The translations under genes were made by a program, and so were the position numbers. DNA of 64,000 nt. Origin: Laetmonice hystrix (taxonomy: Eukaryota). Positions 51,474 through 64,000 of this stretch are shown here, piece by piece. A model generated the notes under the pieces. That model did not search any database. It worked only from the letters and a program-made list of their open reading frames with translations, and was not told the DNA's origin. Every line of letters starts with the position of its first letter. Within the stretch, counting starts at the first letter, position 1. The DNA lies in assembly GCA_965235115.1 (NCBI GenBank), contig OZ249436.1, positions 19,346,001 through 19,410,000 on the forward strand, written 5' to 3'.

Positions 51474-52078
51474 GGTCTGGGGTTAGATACGGCACTGGCG
51501 GATTAAGGGATAATGCCCTTTCATTACCATCCCTCATTGTACTCCGGTCAATCGTTTAAGTGGATTAAGGACATGAGCTTTTCTATGTAGGTCATAAATC
51601 TAAGCAATTCTATTAGCCAAGCTAATTCATTTGGCACAACTTTTAGTCAAATTGCCTGCTGTAGTCGAGGTATATGGGCAGGGGGCGGGGTCATGGGGTC
51701 ACGGGGGTACGGGGGATTGATATTCACCCCCTCCCCGCCGGTCCATGTAGCCTCTTCATTAGGTTGGTATTCGTGACGATGGTGAGCCTTGCTGTGATTA
51801 TAGGATAATGAGGAGAACTTAGCGAAGCGGTAATCTGCTTTGTGTCCGCAAAATGTCTGTACTTGATCGTGAATTACTCCCAATCGGTGGGTCGGGCGGT
51901 GCCCCCGTCTGACCGGGAGTCAGAGGGGTTCTTACTCCCCACCCACCCCACCCCCACACCTACCCACACACCCATACACCCCGCATCCACCAACTCACCC
52001 ACATCCACACCCACAGGGTAGACAGGTGTAGCAAGTCTAACATACCCCCCCCCCCTCCAGTATACCTCCCGGTATAAT

Positions 52079-52176
52079 TAGGTCCAACATACCGGGGGTA
52101 CATTCAGCCTAGGTTCAATATACCCCCGGGGGTATACTGAACCTAGGCTGAATATACCCCCGGTATGTTGAATCTA
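52079..52176. repeat. Near-perfect spacerless palindrome (about 97 bp)
   Basis: caacataccgggggtacattcagcctaggttcaatataccccc|gggggtatactgaacctaggctgaatatacccccggtatgttg. Confidence 0.9.
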
Positions 52177-52235
52177 GTCCCAGTGTACCCCATTGCAGGC
52201 TGTGATCAGGCCTAGATGAAAAAGTTACCCCTCTG

Positions 52236-53000
52236 TCCATTCCTGTCACCCTCAGACCCCACCCCATCCCTGACACCCTCAAACCCCACCCCATCGCTGA
52301 CACCCTCACGGCCCCACTCCACACCTGACACCCTCAGACCCTCACCCCATCCCTGACACCCTCAGACCCCCACCCCATCCCAGACACCCTCAGACCCCCA
52401 CCCCATCCCAGACACCCTCAGACCCCCACCCCACCCCATCCCTGACACCCTCAGACCCTCACCCCACCCCATCCCTGACACCCCCACACCCCCACCCCCA
52501 CCCCATCCCTGACACCCTCAGACCTGAGACCCTCACACCGCCACCCCATCCCTGACACCCTCACACCCCCACCCCCACCCCATCCCTGACACCCTCAGAC
52601 CTGAGACCCTCACACCCCCACCCCATCCCTGACACCCCCACACCCCACCCCGTCCCTGACACCCTCAGACCTGAGACCCTCACACCCCCACCCTCACCCT
52701 ATGCCTGACACCCTCAGACCCCAACCCCATCCCTGACACCCTCACACCCCCACCCCCACCCCATCCCTGACACCCTCACACCCCCACCCCATCCCTGACA
52801 CCCTCACACCCCCACCCCCACCCCATCCCTGACACCCTCACACCCCCACCCCATCCCTGACACCCTCACACCCCCACCCCCACCCCATCCCTGACACCCT
52901 CAGACCTGAGACCCTCACACCCCACCCCGTCCCTGACACCCTCAGACCCCCATCCCCACCCCATCCCTGACACCCTGACACCCCCACACCCCACCCCACA
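52236..53000. repeat. C-rich minisatellite, about 28-bp variable unit
   Basis: Unit ccccatccctgacaccctcaSacccca with variants. Confidence 0.93.
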
Positions 53001-54184
53001 CACTCACACAGGACCAGGCTGAATGGCGGGCTGTGACAGAGATGAATAGAAGTACACCTGTTTAAATGACCAAGGCCAACCTGAGGCCAACAATCGCCTG
53101 CCTTGATCCAAGCCGTCAGCTCAGCCAGGTAGCCCGATCGTAACCCCCCCTTGTACCTACTGGCCGGCCACGGGACGCGTCCGTTTCAGTTGCAGTGATT
53201 CCTTCTTTTCGAGCAGACACGCCTTGAGCAGTGACTGACAGCAGATTATGTGCCGAGAGTGGCCTGACTTGTTGGCCGATACATAAAAGGACTATTGATA
53301 AGTTCGTGTTAGTTCTCGGCCGAGCAGCCAATGAGTGCATCTTTTCAAAGAGTTTTACCGCGCACCAAGTGCGCGCTAAGGTTGCTTTACAAACATAAAC
53401 CAAAAGAACGCCTCTAAATCTTGTAAACGCCGAGTCACTCACGTTCGAATTAACCGTTTTACTCGGCGTTTTGTCACACGCCTTGCTGGACGTATTGTTG
53501 CGCTGTTGGGAGTATATTCTCCGACACTGCGACCGGTTAAAGAAAACAACATGTATAACTATACTGGGTGAGGTTTTTATACGGTAGTGTTAGATTCTAC
53601 CGTCTCAATCTCCGGCAGAGAGTGGGGTAAACGGATACCCCGTCAAGGTGAGAACGTGAGATCGAGGACCGGGGGGGGGGGGGGAGGCACCAGATAAGTA
53701 ACTGTATTTGTGTAGGTATGTGTTTAGTTCGGGAGTGGGGGGGGGGGGGTGATGGGGGTGTTAAAAACGTGTCTATATACATGTACATAATGTGTACATG
53801 TAGGTATATACATAATGTGTACATGTAGGTATATACATAATGTGTACATGTAGGTATATACATAATGTTCGGTCCTATGTACCCACATGCATGCAAGTAA
53901 CGGTGCTGTTAGGTAAGTATAGACAGTCGCTGTATATGTAAATTATGTGGATATATAATAACTCTGCCTAAGTTTTGATTAAGTGTGAAGGCATCTAAAG
54001 AGAGCTTATATCTATATGTATATATCATTATATGGGCACCTATAATTCGCTTAAGTCCCTCACAGGATTGTCGCCGTAAATTGGATGAGAGTACGGTCAA
54101 CCCGACATGCTGGCTCAGCCTGAAGACTCGCTCTCTTTGATGTTGATATAACAAACGTCCGAGGACAGTCTATCAATTGTGAAA

Positions 54185-54777
54185 CCCCTCTCCTTACCTG
54201 TCTCCAGAGTGAGGTCTGGGACGATGGGGGTGAGTAAAGGGGCTGGTGATCTATGTGTGCCCGGGCCGGGGGTCGGGGGGTGGGTCCCCCACGACTTACC
54301 TGTCTACAGAGTGAGGTCTGGGACGATGGGGTGAGTAAAGGGGCTGGTGATCTATGTGTGCCCGGGCCGGGGGTGGGTCCCCCACGACTTACCTGTCTAC
54401 AGAGTGAGGTCTGGGACGATGGGGGTGAGTAAAGGGGCTGGTGATCTATGTGTGCCCGGGCCGGGGGTCGGTCCCCCTCTCCTTACCTGTCTCCAGAGTG
54501 AGGTCTGGGACGATGGGGGTGAGTAAAGGGGCTGGTGATCTATGTGTGCCCGGGCCGGGGGTCGGTCCCCCTCTCCTTACCTGTCTCCAGAGTGAGGTCT
54601 GGGACGATGGGGGTGAGTAAAGGGGCTGGTGATCTATGTGTGCCCGGGCCGGGGGTGGGTCCCCCACGACTTACCTGTCTCCAGAGTGAGGTCTGGGACG
54701 ATGGGGTGAGTAAAGGGGCTGGTGATCTATGTGTGCCCGGGCCGGGGGTCGGGGGGTGGGTCCCCCACGACTTACCT
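54185..54777. repeat. About 94-bp tandem repeat, 6 copies
   Basis: cttacct recurs at about 54193, 54295, 54388, 54482, 54576, 54670 and 54771. Confidence 0.96.
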
Positions 54778-55739
54778 CAGCCGAGGCGTATTCATCTCAT
54801 TAACATAGAAACCCGATCAGATGGTCCATATCGATCACCAAAGCTCACTGGCATCCCTTTAATTTCCTCTAATGAGCCGCTATAGAAATAATTCCTTTTT
54901 GTTGTGCGCGCTCGGAAAGCCGCTTTTGGTATTAAGTTTTATCTGTCTAGATCCCATAAGCATCGATCAATTGACGTAAGATGATTACATACAAAACAAA
55001 GCAATAGGATTTGTGGGACAAATACGATGTATGCTGGAGATAAGCGCTGCTATTTCAACGCCAAATGAAGCAAGTTTATTACGGCATCTGTCGCTGGCCT
55101 TTCACAACAATCCGTCAAAGTAGGCCACGCGAGATATGATGACGTACCACGTGATCGGGCGCGGTGCATGCCGGTATAGCGGCCCGCCGGCCCGCTAGAG
55201 GGCGCCCCATCGATCTGAACCCAAGCCGGCGGAGCTGTCGCCAAGCCGACATTCAATATACTTTGAGCAATACTTGGTCGCATCATAACGTAATTTGATA
55301 CGCAAAGCCAACGCGGGCATGAAATGGTGCAAGGGGTTGAGAACAGAGTGGGTTTACCGATTTTAGGCAGACGATTTAAAATAGGCCTGGGCCGAATCCC
55401 CTGCCAAGCTCATTTGAGGCTTTGGTTGAGGCTGAGGCCTGGTGCCTTAACGGTCGGTAAGCCTGGCCGGGGCCGGCCTGGCGCGGGCGGCCGGCACCGG
55501 GCCCGCCCGATCCTTACCCAACACCACCGACCCACCACCCCAGATCCAATTACACGAGATCAAAACGTAATTTTCGGCATGAAAGGGATTGGCATCTATT
55601 ATTGCGACGGTGTACAATCGGATCCCGGAGTAGGGCTTAGGCCCACGGCCGCAGCAAGGGGCACACCTCAAAGTGTTTTCATTGACTAAAGTCAATTTCG
55701 GAATTGCAAGATTACCATCGACCTTCGAGCTGGGCGACG

Positions 55740-55950
55740 CCGGGCCTCGCTGGGTCTCGTCGGGTCTCGCTGGGCCTCGCGCCGGATCACGTGACCAGGA
55801 TCATGTGACCTGGGGAACACGCATGCGCTCGAGTCGTACTCGGATCGTCGGAGAAACAAATGTACTGGGCTCGACAAACTGCGGGTGGAATCCTTCCCCC
55901 CGCTCCTCGACCCAAAGTTACATCGTTCGGATTCAGAGGCCGTTACTCTG
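55740..55950. promoter_or_regulatory. Candidate CpG-rich promoter or enhancer
   Basis: TCACGTGAC (55787), TCATGTGAC (55801) and ACGCATGCGC (55819): an E-box pair plus an NRF1-like site within 45 bp. No linked CDS identified. Confidence 0.35.
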
Positions 55951-55976
55951 AAGAGTTTTAATTCATTGTGACTCGT

Positions 55977-57122
55977 GGTCCCTCATTACGGTCAGTCTAC
56001 ACGGAGTCCCATAACTCCACACCCGTACCGGGGGGGGGGGGGGTGTCCCTCAATACGGTCCGTCTACACGGGGTCCCATTCCTCCACACCCGTACCGTGG
56101 GGGGTTGTCCCTCATTACGGTCCGTCTACACGGGGTCCCATCCATCCACACCCGTAAGTGGTGGGTTGTCCCTCATTACGGTCCGTCTACACGGGGTCCC
56201 ATTCCTCCACACCCGTACCGTGGGGGGTTGTCCCTCATCACGGTCCGTCTACACGGGGTCCCATCCATCCACACCCGTAAGTGGTGGGTTGTCCCTCATT
56301 ACGGTCCGTCTACACGGGGTCCCATTCCTCCACACCCGTACCGTGGGGGGGGGGGGGTCCCTCATTACGGTCAGTCTACACGGGGTCCCATCCCTCCACA
56401 CCCGTACCGTGGGGGGTGGGGGGTCCCTCATTACGGTCAGTCTACACGGGGTCCCATCCCTCCACACCCGTACCGTGGGGGGTGGGTTGTCCCTCATTAC
56501 GGTCAGTCTACACGGGGTCCCATCCCTCCACACCCGTAGCGTGGGGGGTGTCCCTCATTACGGTCAGTCTACACGGGGTCCCATCCCTCCACACCCGTAC
56601 CGTGCGGGGTGGGTTGTCCCTCATTACGGTCAGTCTACACGGGGTCCCATCCCTCCACACCCGTACCGTGGGGGGTGTCCCTCATTACGGTCCGTCTACA
56701 CGGGGTCCCATTCCTCCACACCCGTACCGTGGGGGGGGGGGGGCCTCATTACGGTCAGTCTACACGGGGTCCCATCCCTCCACACCCGTACCGTGGGGGT
56801 TGTCCCTCATTACGGTCCGTCTACACGGGATCCCATCCCTCCACACTCGTACCGTGTGGGGTCCCTCATTACGGTCAGTCTACATGGGGTCCCATCCCTC
56901 CACACCCGTACCGTGGGGGGGGGGGGGGTTGTCCCTCATCACGGTCAGTCTACACGGGGTCCCATTCCTCCACACCCGTACCGTGGGGGGAGGGGTCCCT
57001 CATTACGGTCAGTCTACACGGGGTCCCATCCCTCCACACCCGTACCGTGGGGGGAGGGGTCCCTCATTACGGTCAGTCTACACGGGGTCCCATCCCTCCA
57101 CACCCCTAAGTGGTGGGTTGTC
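55977..57122. repeat. About 58-64 bp minisatellite with variable poly-G linker
   Basis: Unit gtccctcattacggtcMgtctacacggggtcccatYcctccacacccgtaccgtggggg. Confidence 0.97.
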
Positions 57123-57126
57123 ACAG

Positions 57127-58133
57127 CCTGGTGACCAGTCCCTGCCGTGGTTGAGGTCTGACTCGGGCCTGGCCGGCGACCAGTCCCTGCCGTGGTTGAG
57201 ATCTGACTCGGGCCTGGCGACCAGTCCCTGCCGTGGTTGAGGTCTGACTCGGGCCTGGCCGGCGACCAGTCCCTGCCGTGGTTGAGATCTGACTCGGGCC
57301 TGGCGACCAGTCCCTGCCTTGGTTGAGGTCTGACCCGGGCCTGGCGACCGGTCCCTGCCGTGGTTGAGGTCTGACTCGGGCCTGGCGACCAGTCCCTGCC
57401 GTGGTTGATGTCTGACTCGGGCCTGGCGACCAGTCCCTGCCGTGGTTGAGGTCTGACTCGGGCCTGGCGACCAGTCCCTGCCGTGGTTGAGATCTGACTC
57501 GGGCCTGGCGACCAGTCCCTGCCGTGGTTGAGATCTGACTCGGGTCTGGCCGGCGACCAGTCCCTGCCGTGGTTGAGGTCTGACTCGGGCCTGGCGACCA
57601 GTCCCTGCCGTGGTTGAGGTCTGACTCGGGCCTGGCGACCAGTCCCTGCCGTGGTTGAGGTCTGACTCGGGCCTGGCCGGCGACCAGTCCCTGCCGTGGT
57701 TGAGGTCTGACTCGGGCCTGGCGACTAGTCCCTGCCGTGGTTGAGGTCTGACTCGGGCCTGGCCGGCGACCAGTCCCTGCCGTGGTTGAGGTCTGACTCG
57801 GGCCTGGCGACCAGTCCCTGCCGTGGTTGAGGTCTGACTTGGGCCTGGCGACCAGTCCCTGCCGTGGTTGAGGTCTGACTCGGGCCTCGCGACCAGTCCC
57901 TGCCGTGGTTGAGGTCTGACTCGGGCCTGGCGACCAGTCCCTGCCGTGGTTGAGATCTGACTCGGGCCTGGCGACCAGTCCCTGCCGTGGTTGAGATCTG
58001 ACTCGGGCCTGGCGACCAGTCCCTGCCGTGGTTGAGGTCTGACTCGGGCCTCGCGACCAGTCCCTGCCGTGGTTGAGGTCTGACTCGGGCCTGGCCGGCG
58101 ACCAGTCCCTGCCGTGGTTGAGGTCTGACTCGG
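57127..58133. repeat. 41-bp minisatellite (45-bp variant), about 24 copies
   Basis: Unit ggcgaccagtccctgccgtggttgaggtctgactcgggcct. Confidence 0.97.
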
Positions 58134-58332
58134 TGTAAGTTTATTTTACAGTAGAGTTACCTGTAAAATAACGCACTAATCTTTACATTTACAAATAAAA
58201 ATGCAAAAGAAAAATTACAAATGTTTCTGTCAAATTTACGTATTTTGCCTGTTTAATTACAGTTATTATAACTGGCAGCTGAGACGTCAGTGAAATAAAC
58301 TGTAAAAATACGCAGCAGTTTTTTTTACAGTG
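58134..58332. mobile_element. Terminal fragment of a CACTGTAAAAA-ended non-autonomous DNA element
   Basis: Ends ttttttacagtg, with many subterminal ttacag/ctgtaa motifs. The partner end is not seen. Confidence 0.45.
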
Positions 58333-59204
58333 AATACTGCATTATTTCATAGCCTGTAGCTATGTAGTGTATTGAAGATGTACACCCCCCCCCGAATCCT
58401 CTGATTGTACCCATACATATCTTCACACGGCCATGTATCCTCACTGAGTGCTCATCGTGAGGTTTACGGATTATACTGGGGTCAATCAGGTGCAGAGGTT
58501 TGTCAGGCATGAGAACCACGGTTACTAGAACCCCAGAGTCGGGGGTCAGTGGCTTGTCCCGCCGCCGGTCTGGCGACGAGGGAAACCGACAATACTTTGT
58601 TTTCTTTTGTGTATAATACCTCATTAAGATGTTGCAAATCTGCTAAATACGCGGAAAGTAAGTATAAGTAAGCAATGGTCGGCAAAAAGAATGCGGGGCA
58701 TGTTGTCCGAACGAGATCGGTCTGTCCTAACCTCACCACTGAAACGTGCCCCCAGCTCGCGGCAGAAGGCCCACCTAAACGGAATAATTGTGCGATCTTC
58801 ATTCCAAGGGATTGCGCTCAAAGCTTGGCGTAATCTCTGCACTTAATGTGAAGCACACACATGGCTAAATAGACAAACTAACTTAGCTGAGATCTGTGTG
58901 CGCAGGGTTTGCGGGTGGAGGGGTAGTGGGGTTAGGACTGATACAAGCCGTGAGGTCGGCAGACGACATGGCTTAGACTCGGCGCCATGGCCGACCGCTG
59001 ACTGCCGTCGGGGGTGAGGGGTAGGGGGGGGGGGCAATCTACCGTGATCTCGGATACAGGAGGTGGATGTTGTATCGAGGTGGGTAAAATCTTTGACGAT
59101 CATACCCCGCAGGTATTAGTCCTACATGATGGTAATGAGAGAGGATCAGTAGGTGGCCCGAATCTGACAACCGATTCCCTCTCAATATCGAGTCGCCTAA
59201 TATA

Positions 59205-59755
59205 GATTAACGTCACAACGTGCCAGACATAGTTCAACGTGTAAACGCTCACAGTTAATTATTGTTACGTCATAACATGCGGTGTTGGTACCGTGTAGAC
59301 GCTCAAAATCAATTGTTACGTCACAATATGCGGTGTTAGTACCGTGTAGACACTCACAATCAATTGTTACGTCACAACATGCGTGTTAGTACCGTGTACA
59401 CGCTCAAAGTCAATTGTTACGACACAACATGCGGTGCTAGTACCGTGTAAACACTCAAAGTCAGTTGTTACGTCACAACATGCGGTGTTAGTACCGTGTA
59501 TACACCCAAAATCAATTGTTACGTCACAACATGCGGTGTTAGTATCGTGTAAACACTCAAAGTGAATTGTTACGTCACAACATGCGGTGTTAGTATCGAG
59601 TAAACACTCAAAGTCATTTGTTACGCCACAACATGCGGTGCTCGTACTGTGTAAACGTTCAAAGTCAATTGCTACGTCACAACATGTAGTCTTAGCACCG
59701 CGTCATCGCTCACAGTAAATTGTTACGTCACATCTTTGTACCATGTCAACACTCG
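59205..59755. repeat. 51-bp diverged tandem repeat, about 10 copies
   Basis: Unit aattgttacgtcacaacatgcggtgttagtaccgtgtaaacactcaaagtc. Confidence 0.93.
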
Positions 59756-59811
59756 CTGAACATCACAACCACGTTCACGATCAATTATAATGTGACAACA
59801 TGTCATCTTAA

Positions 59812-60389
59812 AGGGAAATGTGAGTGTTCGACGGAATTTGATTGACCACTAGAATTTTCAAAATATTTTTATGGGGATACCCTTTGTCTTTAGGAGTACA
59901 AAGAAACAAAAAAATCATATGTCACCGAATTAGATTTTTTTATACAGGCCTCCGTAAAAAATGGGTCTTTACTATAGGTTTCAATGGGAAAAACAGGATT
60001 TTTCAGACATTTTGACTAATAGTTAAAAAATGACCACCAATTTTCTCCTGAAACTCGGTGACAAGATAAAGTGGATCAGGACTAATATTTTAAAACAAAA
60101 AAAATTGGGGGTCGCCGAATAAAAAAAAAGTTACAGCCTGCCAAACAGTCAGTGCCTTGGTAAAACACGGGTCTTAGCTATAGCATTCAATGGAGTAGAC
60201 AGGTTCTGGCACACAGTTTGGTTCATGGTTTAAAAAATACTACTGATTTCCACATCAAACTAGTTGACTGCATAAATAAGCCAAACATTTTTCTGTTAAA
60301 GCTCACTACGCGGCGCTTTGAATACTCACATTTCCCCAGTGGTACCAACGCGCCTCACTAGGTGGCGCTTTGAGCACTCACATTTCCCT
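59812..60389. mobile_element. Kolobok-like non-autonomous DNA transposon (578 bp)
   Basis: TTAA on both sides (59808-59811 and 60390-60393). TIR agggaaatgtgagtgYtc (17/18). AG termini rather than the CCY termini of piggyBac. Confidence 0.85.
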
Positions 60390-60805
60390 TTAATTCAACG
60401 CCAGGTGCCATTTCATGCCCCCATGGAGTGATGGAAGATTTTCTTGGAATAAAGTAAGTTATCACAGTGAATATTTTGAGTAAAGTAACTGACACAATAT
60501 CAGTCTCTAATCATCAGGCACACGCCACACATTGTACAGTCTTGTGCAAGAGGTTGTGAAGTTATTCTTGTATCATCTGTCATTAATGGAGATAACTCAC
60601 TTTTAGCATGGAAAGAAATGAGTATTTTTTACACCTTTAGCGCCCGTGTATTTGTTTGTGAGAGTAATAGTTTCAGGCAGTCACTCCAAGTTCCGATTCT
60701 GCGCGCGCGCGTATCTACAGTCCTTGGGTAGGTTTGTGAAACAGCATCAGCCTATACCTGAGAGAGCCGTCCATTCTGTCCGACTTTATCAAACTTATAG
60801 TGGTC

Positions 60806-61794
60806 GTAGTCTCCAATAGTAGGTAATCAAACTATAACAGCTAGGTTAATACCAGCCTGGAAATCTGAGGTATACCGTCCTCTGGTAGTTTGGATCAGCA
60901 GTAGAATACAACAGTACACTTAAGTGTCAAGTAGTCTCCAATAGTAGGTAATCAAACTAACAGCTAGGTTAATACCAGCCTGGAAATCTGAGGTATACCG
61001 TCCCCTGGTAGTTTGGATCAGCAATAGAATACAACAGTACACTTTAGTGTCAAGTAGTCTCCAATAGTAGGTAATCAAACAGCTAGGTTAATACCAGCCT
61101 GGGAATCTGAGGTATACCGTCCCCTGGTAGTTTGGATCAGCAGTAGAATACAACAGTACACTTTAGTGTCAAGTAGTCTCCAATAGTAGGTAATCAAACT
61201 AACAGCTAGGTTAATACCAGCCTGGAAATCTGAGGTATACCGTCCCCTGGTAGTTTGGATCAGCAGTAGAATACAACAGTACACTTTACTGTCAAGTAGT
61301 CTCCAATAGTAGGTAATCAAACTAACAGCTAGGTTAATACCAGCCTGGAAATCTGAGGTATACCGTCCCCTGGTAGTTTGGATCAGCAGTAGAATACAAC
61401 AGTACACTTTAGTGTCAAGTAGTCTCCAATAGGAGGTAATCAAACTAACAGCTATAGGTTAATACCAGCCTGGAAATCTGAGGTATACCGTCCCCTGGTA
61501 GTTTGGATCAGCAGTAGAATACAACAGTACACTTTAGTGTCAAGTAGTCTCCAATAGGAGGTAATCAAACTAACAGCTATAGGTTAATACCAGTCTGGAA
61601 ATCTGAGTTATACCGTCCCCTGGTAGTTTAGATCAGTAGTAGAATACAACAGTACACTTTAGTGTCAAGTAGTCTCCAATAGTAGGTAATCAAACTAACA
61701 GCTAGGTTAATACCAGCCTGGAAATCTGAGGTATACCGTCCCCTGGTAGTTTGGATCAGCAGTAGAATACAAGAGTACACTTTAGTGTCAAGTA
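60806..61794. repeat. About 123-bp tandem repeat, 8 copies
   Basis: Unit gtagtctccaatagtaggtaatcaaactaacagctaggttaataccagcctggaaatctgaggtataccgtcccctggtagtttggatcagcagtagaatacaacagtacactttagtgtcaa. Confidence 0.97.
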
Positions 61795-62165
61795 ATCGTA
61801 CGACGGCCGTAATGTCAAGGAGGCAGTTATCTGATCGGCTTATAGTGCCGACTGAAGGACGAGACATCTTGACCACGGTCGACAACAAGCTATTCCTTGT
61901 TACCGTTCGGCAGGACAAGTGTAAGCTAAGATACACAACCCTCACCTGTGTAGGCGTGAGGCCTCTATAGAAACTTCTCTACAAGAAAATGTATGTATAC
62001 AAAGAAAGTGCGACTTTCTGTATGTAGAGAAAGGCTGAGCCGTCGCTTGGCTTCCCAGTCGACTTAACCTCGGATACGCAATCCATCAGGTCGACTTTTG
62101 GCTGGGTGTTTTTCTTGCTTATATCGGTACTCAGAAGGAGTCGTGTTGTGTGTCCATGGGAGGGG

Positions 62166-62183
62166 CTCTCTCTCTCTATCTCT

Positions 62184-62226
<43 letters not shown>

Positions 62227-62307
62227 TTCTCTCTGTCTACGTAGAACTGTACAGTATGCCTTTTTATCTTTCCCTGTCTCTCGGTCTCTCTCCCTGTGTC
62301 CCTGTGA

Positions 62308-62366
<59 letters not shown>

Positions 62367-62376
62367 CTCTCTCCTC
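62166..62376. repeat. Interrupted (CT)n microsatellite
   Basis: Direct reading. Confidence 0.93.
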
Positions 62377-63398
62377 ACGTGGACCCTCTGCCATCGTTCA
62401 CACACACACCTAATTCGTGTCCCTGATGTCCTGCCGAGGTCATCCTGAGACCCACGTTGTCACTGTTAGTCCAGTCAGTGGGAGGATTACTGACAACCAT
62501 GTGGCCATGGTTATTCCATGAAGCCCGTGTCAGTCCATCAACAGAGAGAATTATTCGGTGATAAACCTATAAAACTTCCTAGAATCAGAGCGTCATGATC
62601 GTTCCACCTAGGAACATGTTAGGGGGTGGTAACAGCGTGTTTATGTCCTGGGGTATATGTTTGAACGGGCCGTGTGGATCAGCGAGGTGAACCCCGACAG
62701 GTTGTAACGGAGGGAGTCAACCCCCCTCAGAGGGTGATTCCCACGCCCTGTTTACAGCAGACAAACCCTGGTTCCCAAACGAACCTGTTGACCCTGTCCC
62801 ATTTGTTGATACCAAGGTGTACCTCAGTTTTACCTCTATAACTTTCTTTACTCCACGGATGTGGTGGTGGAGGGGTATGTGAAGGACTTGAGAAGGTAAT
62901 GGTGAATTATTGCCATCTTACATGGCGGATTTCCGCTGGTTTTAACAATGAGTAGTTATCACTCCCCCTATCAGTGCTCCTAATTATCTTATCCTTCTGG
63001 TTGGATATTCTAACATCGTCTAACATCGTCCGTCCATGGGCAAGGTCTAGTTATGTTTATATGGGTTCGGGAATAGCATACATTATTATTATTATATATG
63101 CGCATTCTATCTGCCAGTGCCATTCAGGGTGTTCCATACGGACTGATTTGATTGTACACGTTACGGGGCAACGTTAACTCCTATGGAAGCGCCGGAACAT
63201 TTATTATAAATTACGCTAGGCTGTTCCAACAGCAGGCCCCAACCCACTCAGTTTGCTACCACTTTGTAAGCACCGTGTAGAAAAAATTGGGGAGGGTGTC
63301 CACTTAACAAACATCCCCGTTCGAGGCCCCATGAATAAATGTTTATTTGTTGTTAATTCTTGTTTACTCTTCGCTCTTATCCTCAAATAGGAAATAAT

Positions 63399-63625
63399 CC
63401 CAGCGAATATAATAAACACGTCACGAGATGAGGGTCCTTCTTCACCTGTCGTGCCGTATTCATGCGCCAGGCATCGCGCCATGCGCCAGGCACCTTCGGT
63501 GTCGTGCCATATTCATGCGCCAGGTTTCTCGCCATGCGCCAGGCCATATTTATGCGCCAGGTATCTCGTTCCATATGTTCCTCCAGTGAAGGACCCTCGT
63601 TTCGTTACGTGTTTTTAGTATTGGG
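63399..63625. mobile_element. MITE with CCCA...TGGG termini
   Basis: aaacacgtcacgagatgagggtccttc versus reverse complement aaacacgtaacgaaacgagggtccttc. Internal atgcgccagg repeats. Confidence 0.65.
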
Positions 63626-63726
63626 TTCCTGCCATGACGTATAGGTTAGTCAAGCACAATCTTATCTCAACTTTATACTCCTCAGTATTATCACCATGGT
63701 TATAGCATATCATTATATTCATCCAC

Positions 63727-63862
63727 GAAGAAGAAGAAGGAGAAGGAGAAGGAGAAGGAGAAGAAGAAGAAGAAGGAGAAGAAGGAGAAGAAGGAGAAGA
63801 AGGAGAAGAAGGAGAAGAAGGAGAAGAAGGAGAAGAAGGAGAAGAAGGAGAAGAAGGAGAAA
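63727..63862. repeat. (GAA/GGA)n microsatellite
   Basis: Direct reading. Source of the poly-Arg ORF. Confidence 0.97.
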
Positions 63863-64000
63863 CTGCTTCCCGTCGGTCCCCGGTGAAATGTTTTAACCAC
63901 GTTCATACGAGACGGAAACTAGTGAAAGGAGGATTCGGTTCTGTTCCCAAGGCTGAGCCGTGTACAATCTCTCGCATCTTTCGAGTAGGAAAAAATAAAG

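Noticed and set aside
55968..57240. 388-aa and 319-aa ORFs
   Set aside because: Overlapping translations of the minisatellite with variable poly-G lengths.
63696..63896. Protamine-like poly-Arg ORF
   Set aside because: A (GAA/GGA)n microsatellite read in one frame.

Overview
Eukaryotic nuclear DNA, repeat-rich and gene-poor. GT-AG introns, CTCF-like motifs and DNA-transposon MITEs point to a bilaterian invertebrate (inference). One protein-coding gene is well supported: a minus-strand Mpv17/PMP22-family gene most like MPV17L, with 4 coding exons at 34833-36756 (about 191 aa). A stop-riddled OTU-like cysteine-protease relic lies at about 31.8-32.3 kb. The rest is about ten minisatellite arrays (28-123 bp units), a 5-copy 1.1-1.2 kb tandem array inside a 14 kb hierarchically duplicated block (16.9-30.8 kb), many non-autonomous DNA transposons (Harbinger-, Kolobok- and Tc1/pogo-like, including a MITE nested inverted inside a copy of itself), palindromes and microsatellites. 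Almost all long ORFs in the track are repeat artefacts. I saw no CRISPR array, rRNA or tRNA, and I cannot establish a new biological system. The best leads are: minisatellites that mix left-flank and right-flank junction variants; the duplicated promoter/exon modules pointing into the 1.2 kb array; the OTU relic; a CTCF-motif cluster; and strong TAGGCCTA enrichment. All of this was read by eye; no searches were run.
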